DNA of 64,000 nt from contig JAFLVA010000001.1 in assembly GCA_022508525.1 (NCBI GenBank), forward strand, positions 90,879 through 154,878. The letters are read 5' to 3'. The DNA is from Erysipelotrichales bacterium (GTDB lineage: Bacteria > Bacillota_I > Bacilli_A > RFN20 > CAG-826). The notes beneath the pieces were generated by a model, which worked only from the letters and a program-made list of their open reading frames with translations, ran no database searches and had not been told where the DNA came from. Positions 38,560 through 48,414 of this stretch are shown here, in pieces (position 1 is the first letter of the stretch; each line of letters starts with the position of its first letter). The position numbers were made by a program, and so were the translations under genes.

Positions 38560-40176
38560 ATGGAAGAAAATTTATGGAAAATAACTGAAGTAGCAAAGGC
38601 TGCGAAAATACCAGAAAAATACTTAGAACCATATGGGTTTTATAAAGCTAAAATCAATATGGAAATTATGGAAGAATTAAAAAATAAGCAAAACGGCAAA
38701 TTAGTTTTAGTCACTGCAATTACTCCAACTAAAGCTGGCGAAGGTAAAACCACAACATCTATCGCACTTGCAGATGGATTAGCTAAAATTAAGAAAAAAT
38801 GTATGCTAGTTCTCCGTGAACCATCTTTAGGCCCGGTATTTGGTATTAAAGGTGGTGCAACAGGCGGAGGTAAAGTTTGCATCGCACCAAGTGAAGATAT
38901 TAATCTTCACTTTACTGGAGACATGCATGCATTAACTTCATCCATTAATTTAATTTCTGCTGTTATCGACAATCATATTTTTCAAGGAAATGAACTAAAT
39001 ATTGATCCAAATAAAGTTGTATGGAAACGTGCACTTGATATGAATGATCGCGCATTAAGAGAAATAACTATTGCGCAAGGAAAAGGTAATGGTGTTGTTC
39101 GTCAAGATGGATTCGTTATAACAGTAGCATCAGAATTGATGGCAATAATGTGTTTGGCAGAAAATCCCGATGATTTTATGGCTAGAGTAAATAAAATAAT
39201 TGTTGCTTACACATATGAAGATACTCCAATTACTGTTAAAGACTTAAGAATATCTAAAGCAATATTAAAACTTATGAAAGAAGCTTTAAAACCAAATTTA
39301 GTTCAAACACTTGAACACAACCCTTGCTTGATTCATGGCGGACCATTTGCAAATATTGCACATGGATGTAATTCAATTATTGCAACAAAACTTGGCTTAA
39401 AACTTGCAGATATTGTTGTAACTGAAGCAGGATTTGGTGCTGATTTGGGTGCGGAAAAATTTCTAGATATTAAATGTCGCTTCGGCGGATTAAAACCAGA
39501 TATGGCTGTAATGGTAGCAACAATTAGAGCACTTAAAACTCATGGTGGAGTAGAGTTCGATAATCTAAAAGAAGAAAATGTGACTGCTATGTTAGATGGA
39601 TGTGCCAATTTAGAAAGACATTTGGAAAATATTAAAAAATTTGGCTTGCCATTTGTAGTTGCAATTAACCACTTTGCTGATGATACGGAAGAAGAAGTTA
39701 AGGCTCTTACAAAATGGTGCAAAGAAAGAAATTATCCGGTTTCATTCCTTGATGGTTTCTTAAAAGGCGGAGAAGGAGCGGTTGACTTAGCAAATAAAGT
39801 TGCTGAAGTACTTGATACAAAAAAATCTAATTATCATCCTCTTTACGATGTTAACTTATCTATAAAAGAGAAAATAACTAAAATTGCGAAGGAAATTTAT
39901 CGTGCTGCTGATGTTGTTTTCCTTGAGGATGCAGAAAAGAATATTGAAAAATTTGAAAAAATGGGTTTTACAAATACGCCAGTATGCATTGCTAAAACAC
40001 CTCAATCTTTTACAGATAACGCGAAAATTCTTGGTGCTCCTAATGGCTTCACTTTAACGGTTAGAGATGTAACTTTATCAAGTGGTGCAGGATTTGTCGT
40101 TGCTTTAACAGGAAACATTCTCACTATGCCAGGACTTCCTAAAGTACCTGCAGCTGTAAAGATGGAAGATATGTAA
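38560..40176 (+). CDS. fhs: Formate--tetrahydrofolate ligase
   Basis: TPTKAGEGKTTTSI, EPSLGPVFGIKGGATGGG, HGGPFANIAHG. Confidence 0.97.
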   Translation: MEENLWKITEVAKAAKIPEKYLEPYGFYKAKINMEIMEELKNKQNGKLVLVTAITPTKAGEGKTTTSIALADGLAKIKKKCMLVLREPSLGPVFGIKGGATGGGKVCIAPSEDINLHFTGDMHALTSSINLISAVIDNHIFQGNELNIDPNKVVWKRALDMNDRALREITIAQGKGNGVVRQDGFVITVASELMAIMCLAENPDDFMARVNKIIVAYTYEDTPITVKDLRISKAILKLMKEALKPNLVQTLEHNPCLIHGGPFANIAHGCNSIIATKLGLKLADIVVTEAGFGADLGAEKFLDIKCRFGGLKPDMAVMVATIRALKTHGGVEFDNLKEENVTAMLDGCANLERHLENIKKFGLPFVVAINHFADDTEEEVKALTKWCKERNYPVSFLDGFLKGGEGAVDLANKVAEVLDTKKSNYHPLYDVNLSIKEKITKIAKEIYRAADVVFLEDAEKNIEKFEKMGFTNTPVCIAKTPQSFTDNAKILGAPNGFTLTVRDVTLSSGAGFVVALTGNILTMPGLPKVPAAVKMEDM

Positions 40177-40177
40177 T

Positions 40178-40378
40178 ATGGAATATATAAAAATATCAGT
40201 CGGTGACATTGTTGAAATGAAAAAAGAACATCCATGTGCTAAGCGCAGTAAATTATTTGAAGTTGTGCGTGTTGGCGCTGATGTAAAATTAAAGTGCCAA
40301 GCATGTGGAAATATTGTAATGCTAGACCGTGAAGTATTTAATAAAAAAATAAAAAAAATAGTTTCGTCCGAAAATTGA
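40178..40378 (+). CDS. DUF951-family small protein
   Basis: VGDIVEMKKEHPC...WEV-like core, VGADVKLKCQACG and a zinc-ribbon-like pattern typical of DUF951. Confidence 0.65.
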   Translation: MEYIKISVGDIVEMKKEHPCAKRSKLFEVVRVGADVKLKCQACGNIVMLDREVFNKKIKKIVSSEN

Positions 40379-40414
40379 TAAATGACTTCCTATATTATTA
40401 TAGGGAGTTTTTTT

Positions 40415-42319
40415 ATGCTAAAAGTTAAAAATCTTACAAAAAAATTTCAATCAAGAGTTATTCTTAATGATCTATCATTCTCATTCCCAAACACTGGTTT
40501 AATTGCAATAGTTGGTGAATCAGGGTGTGGTAAATCAACTTTGTTAAACATCATTGCGAATCTTGATAAAGAGTATAATGGTGACATACTTTTTAATAAC
40601 TATAATTATCGAGATTATCAAAAAGAAATATCAAAAGGAATTGGAATTATTTATCAAAATTACAATTTGTTAGATAATTACACTGCATTTGAAAATATCA
40701 AGATTTCAGCATTGATTAATGATAATTTCATAGAAAATGATATTTATACTTTAGCTAATGAGTTTGGGATTGATAATAAATTATTGAAGAAAAAATGTGC
40801 AGTCTTATCTGGTGGAGAAAAGCAAAGAATCGCAATATTAAGAGTGTTGATAAATAAACCTAGTATTATTTTGGCGGATGAGCCGACCGGAGCATTAGAT
40901 AGCAAAAATAGTGAGATTGTAATGAAAATATTAAAAGATATTAGTAAGACTTCGTTGGTAATTGTTGTTACACATAATTTGGTACTTGCTAATAAGTATT
41001 GCGATAATGTAATAGCGTTTTCTTCACTTAATAATATTGATCTATCTAGAGATAAAGAAGAAAAGAAAAAATTAAAAAAAATTACAAATGATAAGTCATT
41101 TTTTCAATTGATTAAATGCCATATCTTAGAAAACAAAATAAGACACTTTCTAGCAATTTTAGCACTGGTGTTTACATTTATTTTTACTAACTTGTGTTTG
41201 ACATTTGTTCTAGAGAGTAGAAGTATTGGAAAAACTGTTTCATCAAATTTTTATGATCGCTCTGTTTTTGCTGTGTCCAAAAGTGAAAAAGAAAAAATTG
41301 AAGATTCTTTATTTTCATATGTTCAACTTACTAGGCCTAATACTTCGGAAATGATGTCATTAAAAAGAATTTTACCAGATTTTGATTTTTATTATGATTT
41401 GAGTGCATTTTATCCTAATGTTATTTCTATTACTGCGAATGACAAAGTAATTAATAATGTTTTATTTTTACCTTGTTTTGAAGACTTAAAAAATAATGAA
41501 ATAGTAATTAATAGCACTCTAGAGAAACTAATAGATTCTAATTTATTAACAACAAAATTAGAAACACATTTTTTATATCAAAATGAGACTTTTCAATTTA
41601 GAAATGAGCTATCGTTAAGAGTAGTAAATATAATTGAGGAAGTTAGTGTACTAAACAATCCTAAAATCTATTACAACTATTTTTTGGCCTATAATAATTT
41701 AAATAGTATGTATTTATCTGATGCTGTTCCTAAGACATATATACAAATAATAAAAGAAGTAGATAATAATGATTTGTTATCAAATTATCAGATGCTTATT
41801 AATATTAATGATAAAACGAAAATACCTGATATGTATAAAATAATGAATAAGGGTATCACTAATTATGAAATAAGCTCAAATGCATATAGCATCGAAAATA
41901 CAATAAATGAGATTGTTAAAGCATTTTTACTTGTATTAGCGATGTTTGAAATAATAACTCTAATATCGTGCTTTTCAATAATCCTTTACATCACTTTGTC
42001 TATAATTATTGATTATCAAAAAGAAAAAGCAATTCTTATAAGTTTGGGAAAAAATAAAAATAGTTTCTTTAGTATATTTTTTACAGAAATGATATTATTA
42101 CTTACCTTTTCCACAATTGTAAGTTCAATTGTTTTGATGGTTTTAAGACATTATTTAAAATCAACAATTACAGCTTTTTCAATACCTTTAAACTTGAATA
42201 TGTTTATACCATTCTGTCTATCAACAATTTTTTATGTATTAATAATTTTTATGATAACGCTCATTGCAAACGAAAAACTAAAAAAAGAAAATCTGATTAA
42301 TCTTTTGAGGAACGAATAA
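40415..42319 (+). CDS. Fused ABC transporter: N-terminal ATPase + C-terminal FtsX/MacB-type permease
   Basis: GESGCGKST, LSGGEKQRIAILR, ILADEPTGALD, VVTHN. Then a TM, a large extracytoplasmic domain and 3 TMs. Start at 40415 (RBS GGGAG). Confidence 0.8.
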   Translation: MLKVKNLTKKFQSRVILNDLSFSFPNTGLIAIVGESGCGKSTLLNIIANLDKEYNGDILFNNYNYRDYQKEISKGIGIIYQNYNLLDNYTAFENIKISALINDNFIENDIYTLANEFGIDNKLLKKKCAVLSGGEKQRIAILRVLINKPSIILADEPTGALDSKNSEIVMKILKDISKTSLVIVVTHNLVLANKYCDNVIAFSSLNNIDLSRDKEEKKKLKKITNDKSFFQLIKCHILENKIRHFLAILALVFTFIFTNLCLTFVLESRSIGKTVSSNFYDRSVFAVSKSEKEKIEDSLFSYVQLTRPNTSEMMSLKRILPDFDFYYDLSAFYPNVISITANDKVINNVLFLPCFEDLKNNEIVINSTLEKLIDSNLLTTKLETHFLYQNETFQFRNELSLRVVNIIEEVSVLNNPKIYYNYFLAYNNLNSMYLSDAVPKTYIQIIKEVDNNDLLSNYQMLININDKTKIPDMYKIMNKGITNYEISSNAYSIENTINEIVKAFLLVLAMFEIITLISCFSIILYITLSIIIDYQKEKAILISLGKNKNSFFSIFFTEMILLLTFSTIVSSIVLMVLRHYLKSTITAFSIPLNLNMFIPFCLSTIFYVLIIFMITLIANEKLKKENLINLLRNE

Positions 42320-44967
42320 TGATTAAATTAATTAATATATGTAAAACAATTAAAGGACAAAATATTTTATCAAACATTAGTATTACATTTCCAAATACAG
42401 GCTTTTTCGTCATTTGTGGTCCATCAGGATGTGGGAAAACGACACTTTTAAATATAATTGCAGGTTTAGACAATGAATATGAAGGAATATATTTGATAGA
42501 TGGTGTAAATAGCAAAGATAAAGTTGAACGATTTGCATATGTGAATCAAAAAAACATGGTTTTGGCTGATGAAAATATTCAAAGTAATATTAATATTTCC
42601 GCACATTTATCAAATAAAAGTATCGATAATTCTGAAATTATTTCATTATTAGCCCAGTTTTCTTTGGGTAAAATCAATCCTAAACGAAAAACAAGATTGC
42701 TATCAGGAGGAGAAAATCAAAGATTGTCTCTAGTAATGGGACTAGCTAAAAAATCAAGAGTAATTTTATGCGACGAGATTACTTCAAAACTAGATAACGA
42801 AAATGCTTTATTAGTCATTAGTAAATTAAAAGAAATTTCCAAGTCAAAGTTAGTGATTCTTGTTACTCACGATTTAGAGCTTGTTAAAAATAAATACACG
42901 GGTTTAATTAGTTTAAAAGATGGTAAGTTGATTTCTGTTCATATGAAAAAATCTCAAGGTAATGTAAAACAATCCAAAGAGAAATATAAAAAATTGGGAA
43001 TAAGAAGTATTTTTAAAATCACATTTAATAAAATTTTAACAAAAAAGAAGCGAGTTGGATTGTGCACGAGCCTTTTAACAATAGGATTGGTGGCGTTTAG
43101 TCTATCAATTTTTATTTCTAAAACCTTAAAACAAAATTTGGATGATGCTTTTTCTTCTTTTATCAACAAAGACGAAATAGTAATGCGACACAAATTAAAA
43201 AACACTAAAAAAGATTTAGTTGAGATTAACTACGAAGAATATAAAGATATTTATCAAAAGTATCCTGACTATTTTTCATCAGTAGGAGTGGATTATAAGA
43301 CAAACATTAGTACTCTATTAGATCAAAATGATTGCAGAATATATAGAGAAAATAGATATTTGTCTATGCCGGCTTTATCAATAGAAAAAATTAATAACTA
43401 TGAATGTGTTGAGGGTAATTTTGATAATGATGTGACTAATTTAATTTTAAATCAAAATGATTTACGTAATTTTATGATGTTTTTACGTTTGAATAACTAT
43501 GATATTAATTATTTAAACGAATACTTAAAAAAGAATAGTGTTTTGATGGTATTGCAAATTGGGAATAAGAATTGGAGTTATCAAGATACAATTACTTTTA
43601 GAATTCAAGAAGTCACAGAAGGAGTTGAAACAAAATTTGTACATACAAATCCAACATTTAATGAATACATTTATGAAGAGTTGATGCGTTTTAAAGATAT
43701 TGACAATATTGTTGAAATGGTACCATGGGCATTAGAAAAACAATATTATTTGCGCACGTACAATACTAATGAATTTTTAAATTATAGTTTTAGTGATGAT
43801 TTCTTTAAAAAATATTATCCATCACTACATAATAATCATATTAAATTTTTTCAATATAGTGGCCTATGTATAAATAATAATGACATCAACTTAAATATTT
43901 TAAATAAGACAAAAGTTAAAAACATAAGGATTTCTACAGGTGGTAGTTATCTAATATTGGATGAGTCATCAATATCTGGATTTAGTAGTGATTTTTTGCT
44001 TACAAATAATGAAATACTTTTAAATGAAACAATTGAATACAATACTACAATTGAAAAGAATAAATCAGTTAAATACCCAACTGGCATATATTTGGGAAAT
44101 ATAACAAATTTAGCAGGAAAAAACATCAATTTTTCTAGCGATTTATCAAATGTCATAGGTGATGATCCTATCTCAAATGATGAAATTGTAATATCATCCA
44201 AACTTGCAGAAGAACTTTTCGATTCAAAATGGAAAAATCAAGAATTGCATGTGGGGTATTTAAAAAGTAAGACATTAAATAATGATAGAGTGCGGAACGA
44301 TTTTTCTAAAGCAAAACTTAGAGTCGTAGGAATCGTTAAAAATGACCGTTTTTTAATTTATCAAAATTATTGTTGGTTAATAAGTTTCTTTAGAGATAAC
44401 TTAGGAGTGAAAAATGAAAATTTAATTGTAGATGCTGTACAATTTTCTCTTGACACAAGCAAAACATTTAATGAAGTTTTAAATAGTTTAAATAAAAATG
44501 AAATTTTCGAATACAAAAATACTTCGGAAAATATTTCTTCGACAATACAAGAGACAATCAATATAGTACAAGTGGTTTTACTAATTTTTTCATTTTTTAC
44601 GATTTTTCTGTCCTTAATAATGTTAACACTTATATTATATTTATTTAAAAAAGAAAACGGACGTGATTTTGCTGCAATTTATGCACTAGGAGGACAACAT
44701 AATGACGTAATGAATTACAAGTATTTTTATGCCGTGTTTGTCATTGTTTCTGCGTTTGTATCTTCAATATTTGTTTTGACACTTTTTTTTGTTGTTTTTA
44801 AATACACAAATATGGCTTTTTTTAGTTATTCATTTAAAGATGTTATAGTTATTTATCGATATTTGCTATATTTTGTTACCTTAATTTGCTTGTTTTTGCG
44901 ATGCATTTTCACAATTTTTAGTAGAAAAAATCAAAATATTGCTCAAATAATGCATTTTTATGAATAA
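42319..44967 (+). CDS. Fused ABC transporter: ATPase + FtsX/MacB-type permease with a very large (~480 aa) extracytoplasmic domain
   Basis: GPSGCGKTT, LSGGENQRLSL, ILCDEITSKLD, VTHD. TM near aa 245-265 and 3 C-terminal TMs. TAATG coupling to the upstream paralogue. Confidence 0.8.
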   Translation: MIKLINICKTIKGQNILSNISITFPNTGFFVICGPSGCGKTTLLNIIAGLDNEYEGIYLIDGVNSKDKVERFAYVNQKNMVLADENIQSNINISAHLSNKSIDNSEIISLLAQFSLGKINPKRKTRLLSGGENQRLSLVMGLAKKSRVILCDEITSKLDNENALLVISKLKEISKSKLVILVTHDLELVKNKYTGLISLKDGKLISVHMKKSQGNVKQSKEKYKKLGIRSIFKITFNKILTKKKRVGLCTSLLTIGLVAFSLSIFISKTLKQNLDDAFSSFINKDEIVMRHKLKNTKKDLVEINYEEYKDIYQKYPDYFSSVGVDYKTNISTLLDQNDCRIYRENRYLSMPALSIEKINNYECVEGNFDNDVTNLILNQNDLRNFMMFLRLNNYDINYLNEYLKKNSVLMVLQIGNKNWSYQDTITFRIQEVTEGVETKFVHTNPTFNEYIYEELMRFKDIDNIVEMVPWALEKQYYLRTYNTNEFLNYSFSDDFFKKYYPSLHNNHIKFFQYSGLCINNNDINLNILNKTKVKNIRISTGGSYLILDESSISGFSSDFLLTNNEILLNETIEYNTTIEKNKSVKYPTGIYLGNITNLAGKNINFSSDLSNVIGDDPISNDEIVISSKLAEELFDSKWKNQELHVGYLKSKTLNNDRVRNDFSKAKLRVVGIVKNDRFLIYQNYCWLISFFRDNLGVKNENLIVDAVQFSLDTSKTFNEVLNSLNKNEIFEYKNTSENISSTIQETINIVQVVLLIFSFFTIFLSLIMLTLILYLFKKENGRDFAAIYALGGQHNDVMNYKYFYAVFVIVSAFVSSIFVLTLFFVVFKYTNMAFFSYSFKDVIVIYRYLLYFVTLICLFLRCIFTIFSRKNQNIAQIMHFYE

Positions 44968-45054
44968 TTTTGTTTTATTTTAAAAAAATAAGTGTTAAAC
45001 TAAAGGTGAAGTTATTAGGTCGATAGAATCATGAGCTTCAGAAAGGGTCAAGTT

Positions 45055-45252
45055 ATGAAGGGGACAGTTAAAATGTTCAATGCAGAAAAAGGCTATGGCT
45101 TTATCCGCACTGAAGATGGCAGAGACGCATTCTTTCACTATTCAGCTCTAGTAATGGATAATTACAAAACTGCTGAAAAAGGTGAAGCGGTTGAATTCGA
45201 ACTAGAAGAATCCGAACGTGGATTACGTGCTAATAATATCCACAAATTATAA
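45055..45252 (+). CDS. csp: Cold-shock protein (CspA family)
   Basis: MKGTVKMFNAEKGYGFI (RNP1), DAFFHYSAL (RNP2-like). Confidence 0.9.
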   Translation: MKGTVKMFNAEKGYGFIRTEDGRDAFFHYSALVMDNYKTAEKGEAVEFELEESERGLRANNIHKL

Positions 45253-45273
45253 AAAGTTGACTATTGACTATAC

Positions 45274-45301
45274 AGCCACTCTTTAAAAGAGATGGCTTTT
45301 T
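45274..45301 (+). terminator. Rho-independent terminator after csp
   Basis: agccactctt-taa-aagagatggct (one bulge) followed by a T-run. Confidence 0.75.
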
Positions 45302-45320
45302 ATTTGTATTTGTATTCACT

Positions 45321-45342
45321 TTATACAATTTAAATTGTATAA
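45321..45342. promoter_or_regulatory. 22-bp perfect palindrome overlapping the putative extended -10 of the ychF promoter (candidate operator)
   Basis: TTATACAATTTAAATTGTATAA is its own reverse complement. TGTATAAT (45336-45343) lies in its right arm. Confidence 0.4.
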
Positions 45343-45373
45343 TAAATGAGTTTATGAGTAGGAGTGATTATTT

Positions 45374-46480
45374 ATGGGATTAAAAGCAGGAATAGTTGGA
45401 TTGCCAAATGTTGGTAAATCTACTTTATTTAATGCAATAACTAACTCACACGTAGAAGCCGCTAATTATCCATTTGCGACTATCAACCCAAATAATGGCA
45501 TAGTAATGGTGCCAGATCAAAGACTCGATGACTTAACTGATATTTTTCATCCAAAGAAAAAAATTAACGCAACTTTTGAATTTTATGATATTGCTGGTTT
45601 GGTTCGAGGAGCATCTAAAGGTGAAGGATTAGGAAATCAATTCTTAGCTCATATTCGTGAATGTGATGCAATTGTTGAAGTTGTCCGTTGTTTTGATTCA
45701 AATGAAATTATTCACGTAGATAACACAGTTGATCCAAAAAGAGATATTGAAACAATTAATTTGGAACTTGTCATGGCTGATCTTGAAACTATACAAAAAA
45801 GAATTGATAAAGTTGCCAACAAAGCTCGTGTAGCAAAAGATAAACTTTCCATGTTTGAAATGGATATTTTAAATCCACTATATAACGCCCTCCAAGGTGG
45901 TCTCCCAGCAAGATCTGTTAGTTTGTCTGAAGAGCAAAGACAATATGCTAAAGTTAATTTTGGATTACTAACTTTAAAACCAATAATCTATGTTGCTAAT
46001 GTTTCAGAAAATGATTATGCCAATGTCGATGCTTGTGAATACTATCAAGTAGTTAAAGAAATTGCAAATTCAGAAGGTGCACAAGCAATTCCAGTATCTT
46101 GTGAAATAGAAAGTCAATTATCTGAGTTGACTAAAGAAGAAAAAGAGATGTTTTTAACAGAGTTAGGTGCAACTGAATCCGGACTAGATAAAGTTATTAA
46201 ATCAGCATATAAACTCTTAAATCTAAGAACATTTTTTACTGTCGGTGAAGATGAATGCCGTGCTTGGACGTTTAAAGAAGGAATGCTTGCACCACAATGT
46301 GCTGGTGTTATTCATACAGATTTCGAAAAAGGCTTTATTAAAGCAGAAGTCTATACTTATGATGATATAATGAAATATAAGACTGAGTTAGGTGTAAAAG
46401 AGGCTGGCAAACTACGTATGGAAGGTAAAGATTACGTAGCAAAAGATGGCGATATCATGCACTTTAGATTCAATGTGTAG
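45374..46480 (+). CDS. ychF: Ribosome-binding ATPase YchF
   Basis: GIVGLPNVGKSTLFNA, DIAGLVRGAS, TGS-like C-terminal domain. Confidence 0.95.
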   Translation: MGLKAGIVGLPNVGKSTLFNAITNSHVEAANYPFATINPNNGIVMVPDQRLDDLTDIFHPKKKINATFEFYDIAGLVRGASKGEGLGNQFLAHIRECDAIVEVVRCFDSNEIIHVDNTVDPKRDIETINLELVMADLETIQKRIDKVANKARVAKDKLSMFEMDILNPLYNALQGGLPARSVSLSEEQRQYAKVNFGLLTLKPIIYVANVSENDYANVDACEYYQVVKEIANSEGAQAIPVSCEIESQLSELTKEEKEMFLTELGATESGLDKVIKSAYKLLNLRTFFTVGEDECRAWTFKEGMLAPQCAGVIHTDFEKGFIKAEVYTYDDIMKYKTELGVKEAGKLRMEGKDYVAKDGDIMHFRFNV

Positions 46481-46489
46481 GAGTGTATT

Positions 46490-46972
46490 ATGTATAGAAT
46501 AGGTTATGCAAGTGATATTCATCGCTTAGTTCAAAATAGAAAATTGATTTTAGGGGGAATTGAAATTCCTCATACTTTAGGATTATTAGGACATAGTGAT
46601 GCCGATGTTGTAATTCATGCTTTGTCAGAAGCAATTCTTGGAGCTTTAGCACTTGGTGATTTAGGAACACATTTTCCTGATACCGATGAAAAGTATCGTG
46701 GCATTGATTCTAAATTAATTTTAAAAGAAGTTAAAAGAATGATGAATGAAAAGGGTTATGTGATAAATAACATAGATATTTCGATTAGTTTAGAAAAACC
46801 AAAATTGAAAAAATATATTATAGATATGCGCACGACACTAGCGGGTATTTTAAATATAGATTTATCACAAATTTCAATAAAGGCTGGCACTAATGAAGGT
46901 GTTGATGCAGTCGGAAAAGAAGAGGCATGTGTTGCAACAGCAATTGTGCTTTTAAAGAAAGGGGAATTCTAA
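46490..46972 (+). CDS. ispF: 2-C-methyl-D-erythritol 2,4-cyclodiphosphate synthase
   Basis: IGYASDIHRL, GHSDADVVIHA, GDLGTHFPDTD. Confidence 0.95.
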   Translation: MYRIGYASDIHRLVQNRKLILGGIEIPHTLGLLGHSDADVVIHALSEAILGALALGDLGTHFPDTDEKYRGIDSKLILKEVKRMMNEKGYVINNIDISISLEKPKLKKYIIDMRTTLAGILNIDLSQISIKAGTNEGVDAVGKEEACVATAIVLLKKGEF

Positions 46973-48414
46973 TGGGAAATAAGGTGCGTGTAAGATATGC
47001 TCCATCACCAACTGGATTTTTGCATATTGGTGGTGCAAGATCTGCACTATTTAACTATTTGTATGCCAAAAGAAATGGTGGAGACTTTGTTTTTCGTATT
47101 GAAGACACAGACATTGAAAGAAATGTTAAAGGCGGAGAGGAAAGTCAACTCAACGACTTAATGTGGCTTGGGATTGTTCCTGATGAATCTCCTCTTAATC
47201 CTAATCCTAAATATGCTCCATATCGACAAATGGAGCGTTTGGAAATGTATCATAAGTATGCTAAGTGGTTAATTGATCAAGGTTATGCTTATGAGTGCTA
47301 TTGTAGTGAAGAAGAATTAGATAAAAGTCGTGAGGAACAATATGCACGTGGAATAAATGCACCTAAATATGATCGTCATTGTCTTCATTTGAGCGAAGAA
47401 GAAAAAGAAAAATATAAAAAAGAAGGCAGAAAACCATGTATTCGTCTAAAACTAGAAGATCATTTAACTATCAGTTTTGATGATTTAATACGCGGTAAAG
47501 TTGTATTTAATAATGACGATATAGGTGATTGGGTTATCATGAAATCTAATGGTATACCTACATATAATTTTGCAGTTGTTATTGATGATCATATGATGGA
47601 AATAACACATGTTTTGCGTGGAGAAGAGCATTTATCTAATACTCCAAAGCAAATTCAATTATATAAATATTTTGGTTGGGAAGTACCAACATTTGGACAT
47701 ATGACAATTATTGTTAACGAGAATGGTAAAAAATTATCTAAACGTGATAACAATATATTGCAATTCATGTCACAATATCGCGATTTAGGATATCTCCCTG
47801 AGGCAATTTTTAATTTTATTTTACTCTTAGGTTGGACTCCAAATGAAGAAAGAGAAATATTTACGTTAGAAGAGGCAAAAGAAATTTTTGATCCAAGCAG
47901 AATGTCTGCGTCTCCATCTATGTTTGATCAACGCAAACTCAATTGGATGAATTCTCAATATATTCGTAAATTGAGCGACGAAGATTATTTGTCTTTTATA
48001 AAACCATATTTAGCAAAAGTTATTGATTTAGAAAAATATAGTGATGAACAATTATTATTTATGGCTAATATGTTTAAAAGCGAAATACAATATGGTGCCC
48101 AAATTGTTGATTTATTAAAACCTTTGTTTGCGTATCATCTTGAAGAAAATGATGAGATAAAAGAAATTTTATCATTGGAATCCACCCCTAAAGTTTTAGC
48201 ATCTTTCGAAGAACATCTTAAAACAATAGACAATTTAGAAATAGAAACTGTTAAACAATTATTTAAGGATGTTGGAAGTGAAACTGGTATAAAAGGTAAA
48301 GCACTTTATATGCCAATAAGATTAATGTTAACTGGTCAGATGCATGGCGCAGAGTTAGTTAACATAATTAAACTATTAGGAAAAGAAGAAGCTATCAAGC
48401 GTCTTAATAAATAG
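46972..48414 (+). CDS. gltX: Glutamate--tRNA ligase
   Basis: RYAPSPTGFLHIGGAR (HIGH), KLSKR (KMSKS). Start at 46972 (TAATG overlap with ispF). Confidence 0.95.
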   Translation: MGNKVRVRYAPSPTGFLHIGGARSALFNYLYAKRNGGDFVFRIEDTDIERNVKGGEESQLNDLMWLGIVPDESPLNPNPKYAPYRQMERLEMYHKYAKWLIDQGYAYECYCSEEELDKSREEQYARGINAPKYDRHCLHLSEEEKEKYKKEGRKPCIRLKLEDHLTISFDDLIRGKVVFNNDDIGDWVIMKSNGIPTYNFAVVIDDHMMEITHVLRGEEHLSNTPKQIQLYKYFGWEVPTFGHMTIIVNENGKKLSKRDNNILQFMSQYRDLGYLPEAIFNFILLLGWTPNEEREIFTLEEAKEIFDPSRMSASPSMFDQRKLNWMNSQYIRKLSDEDYLSFIKPYLAKVIDLEKYSDEQLLFMANMFKSEIQYGAQIVDLLKPLFAYHLEENDEIKEILSLESTPKVLASFEEHLKTIDNLEIETVKQLFKDVGSETGIKGKALYMPIRLMLTGQMHGAELVNIIKLLGKEEAIKRLNK

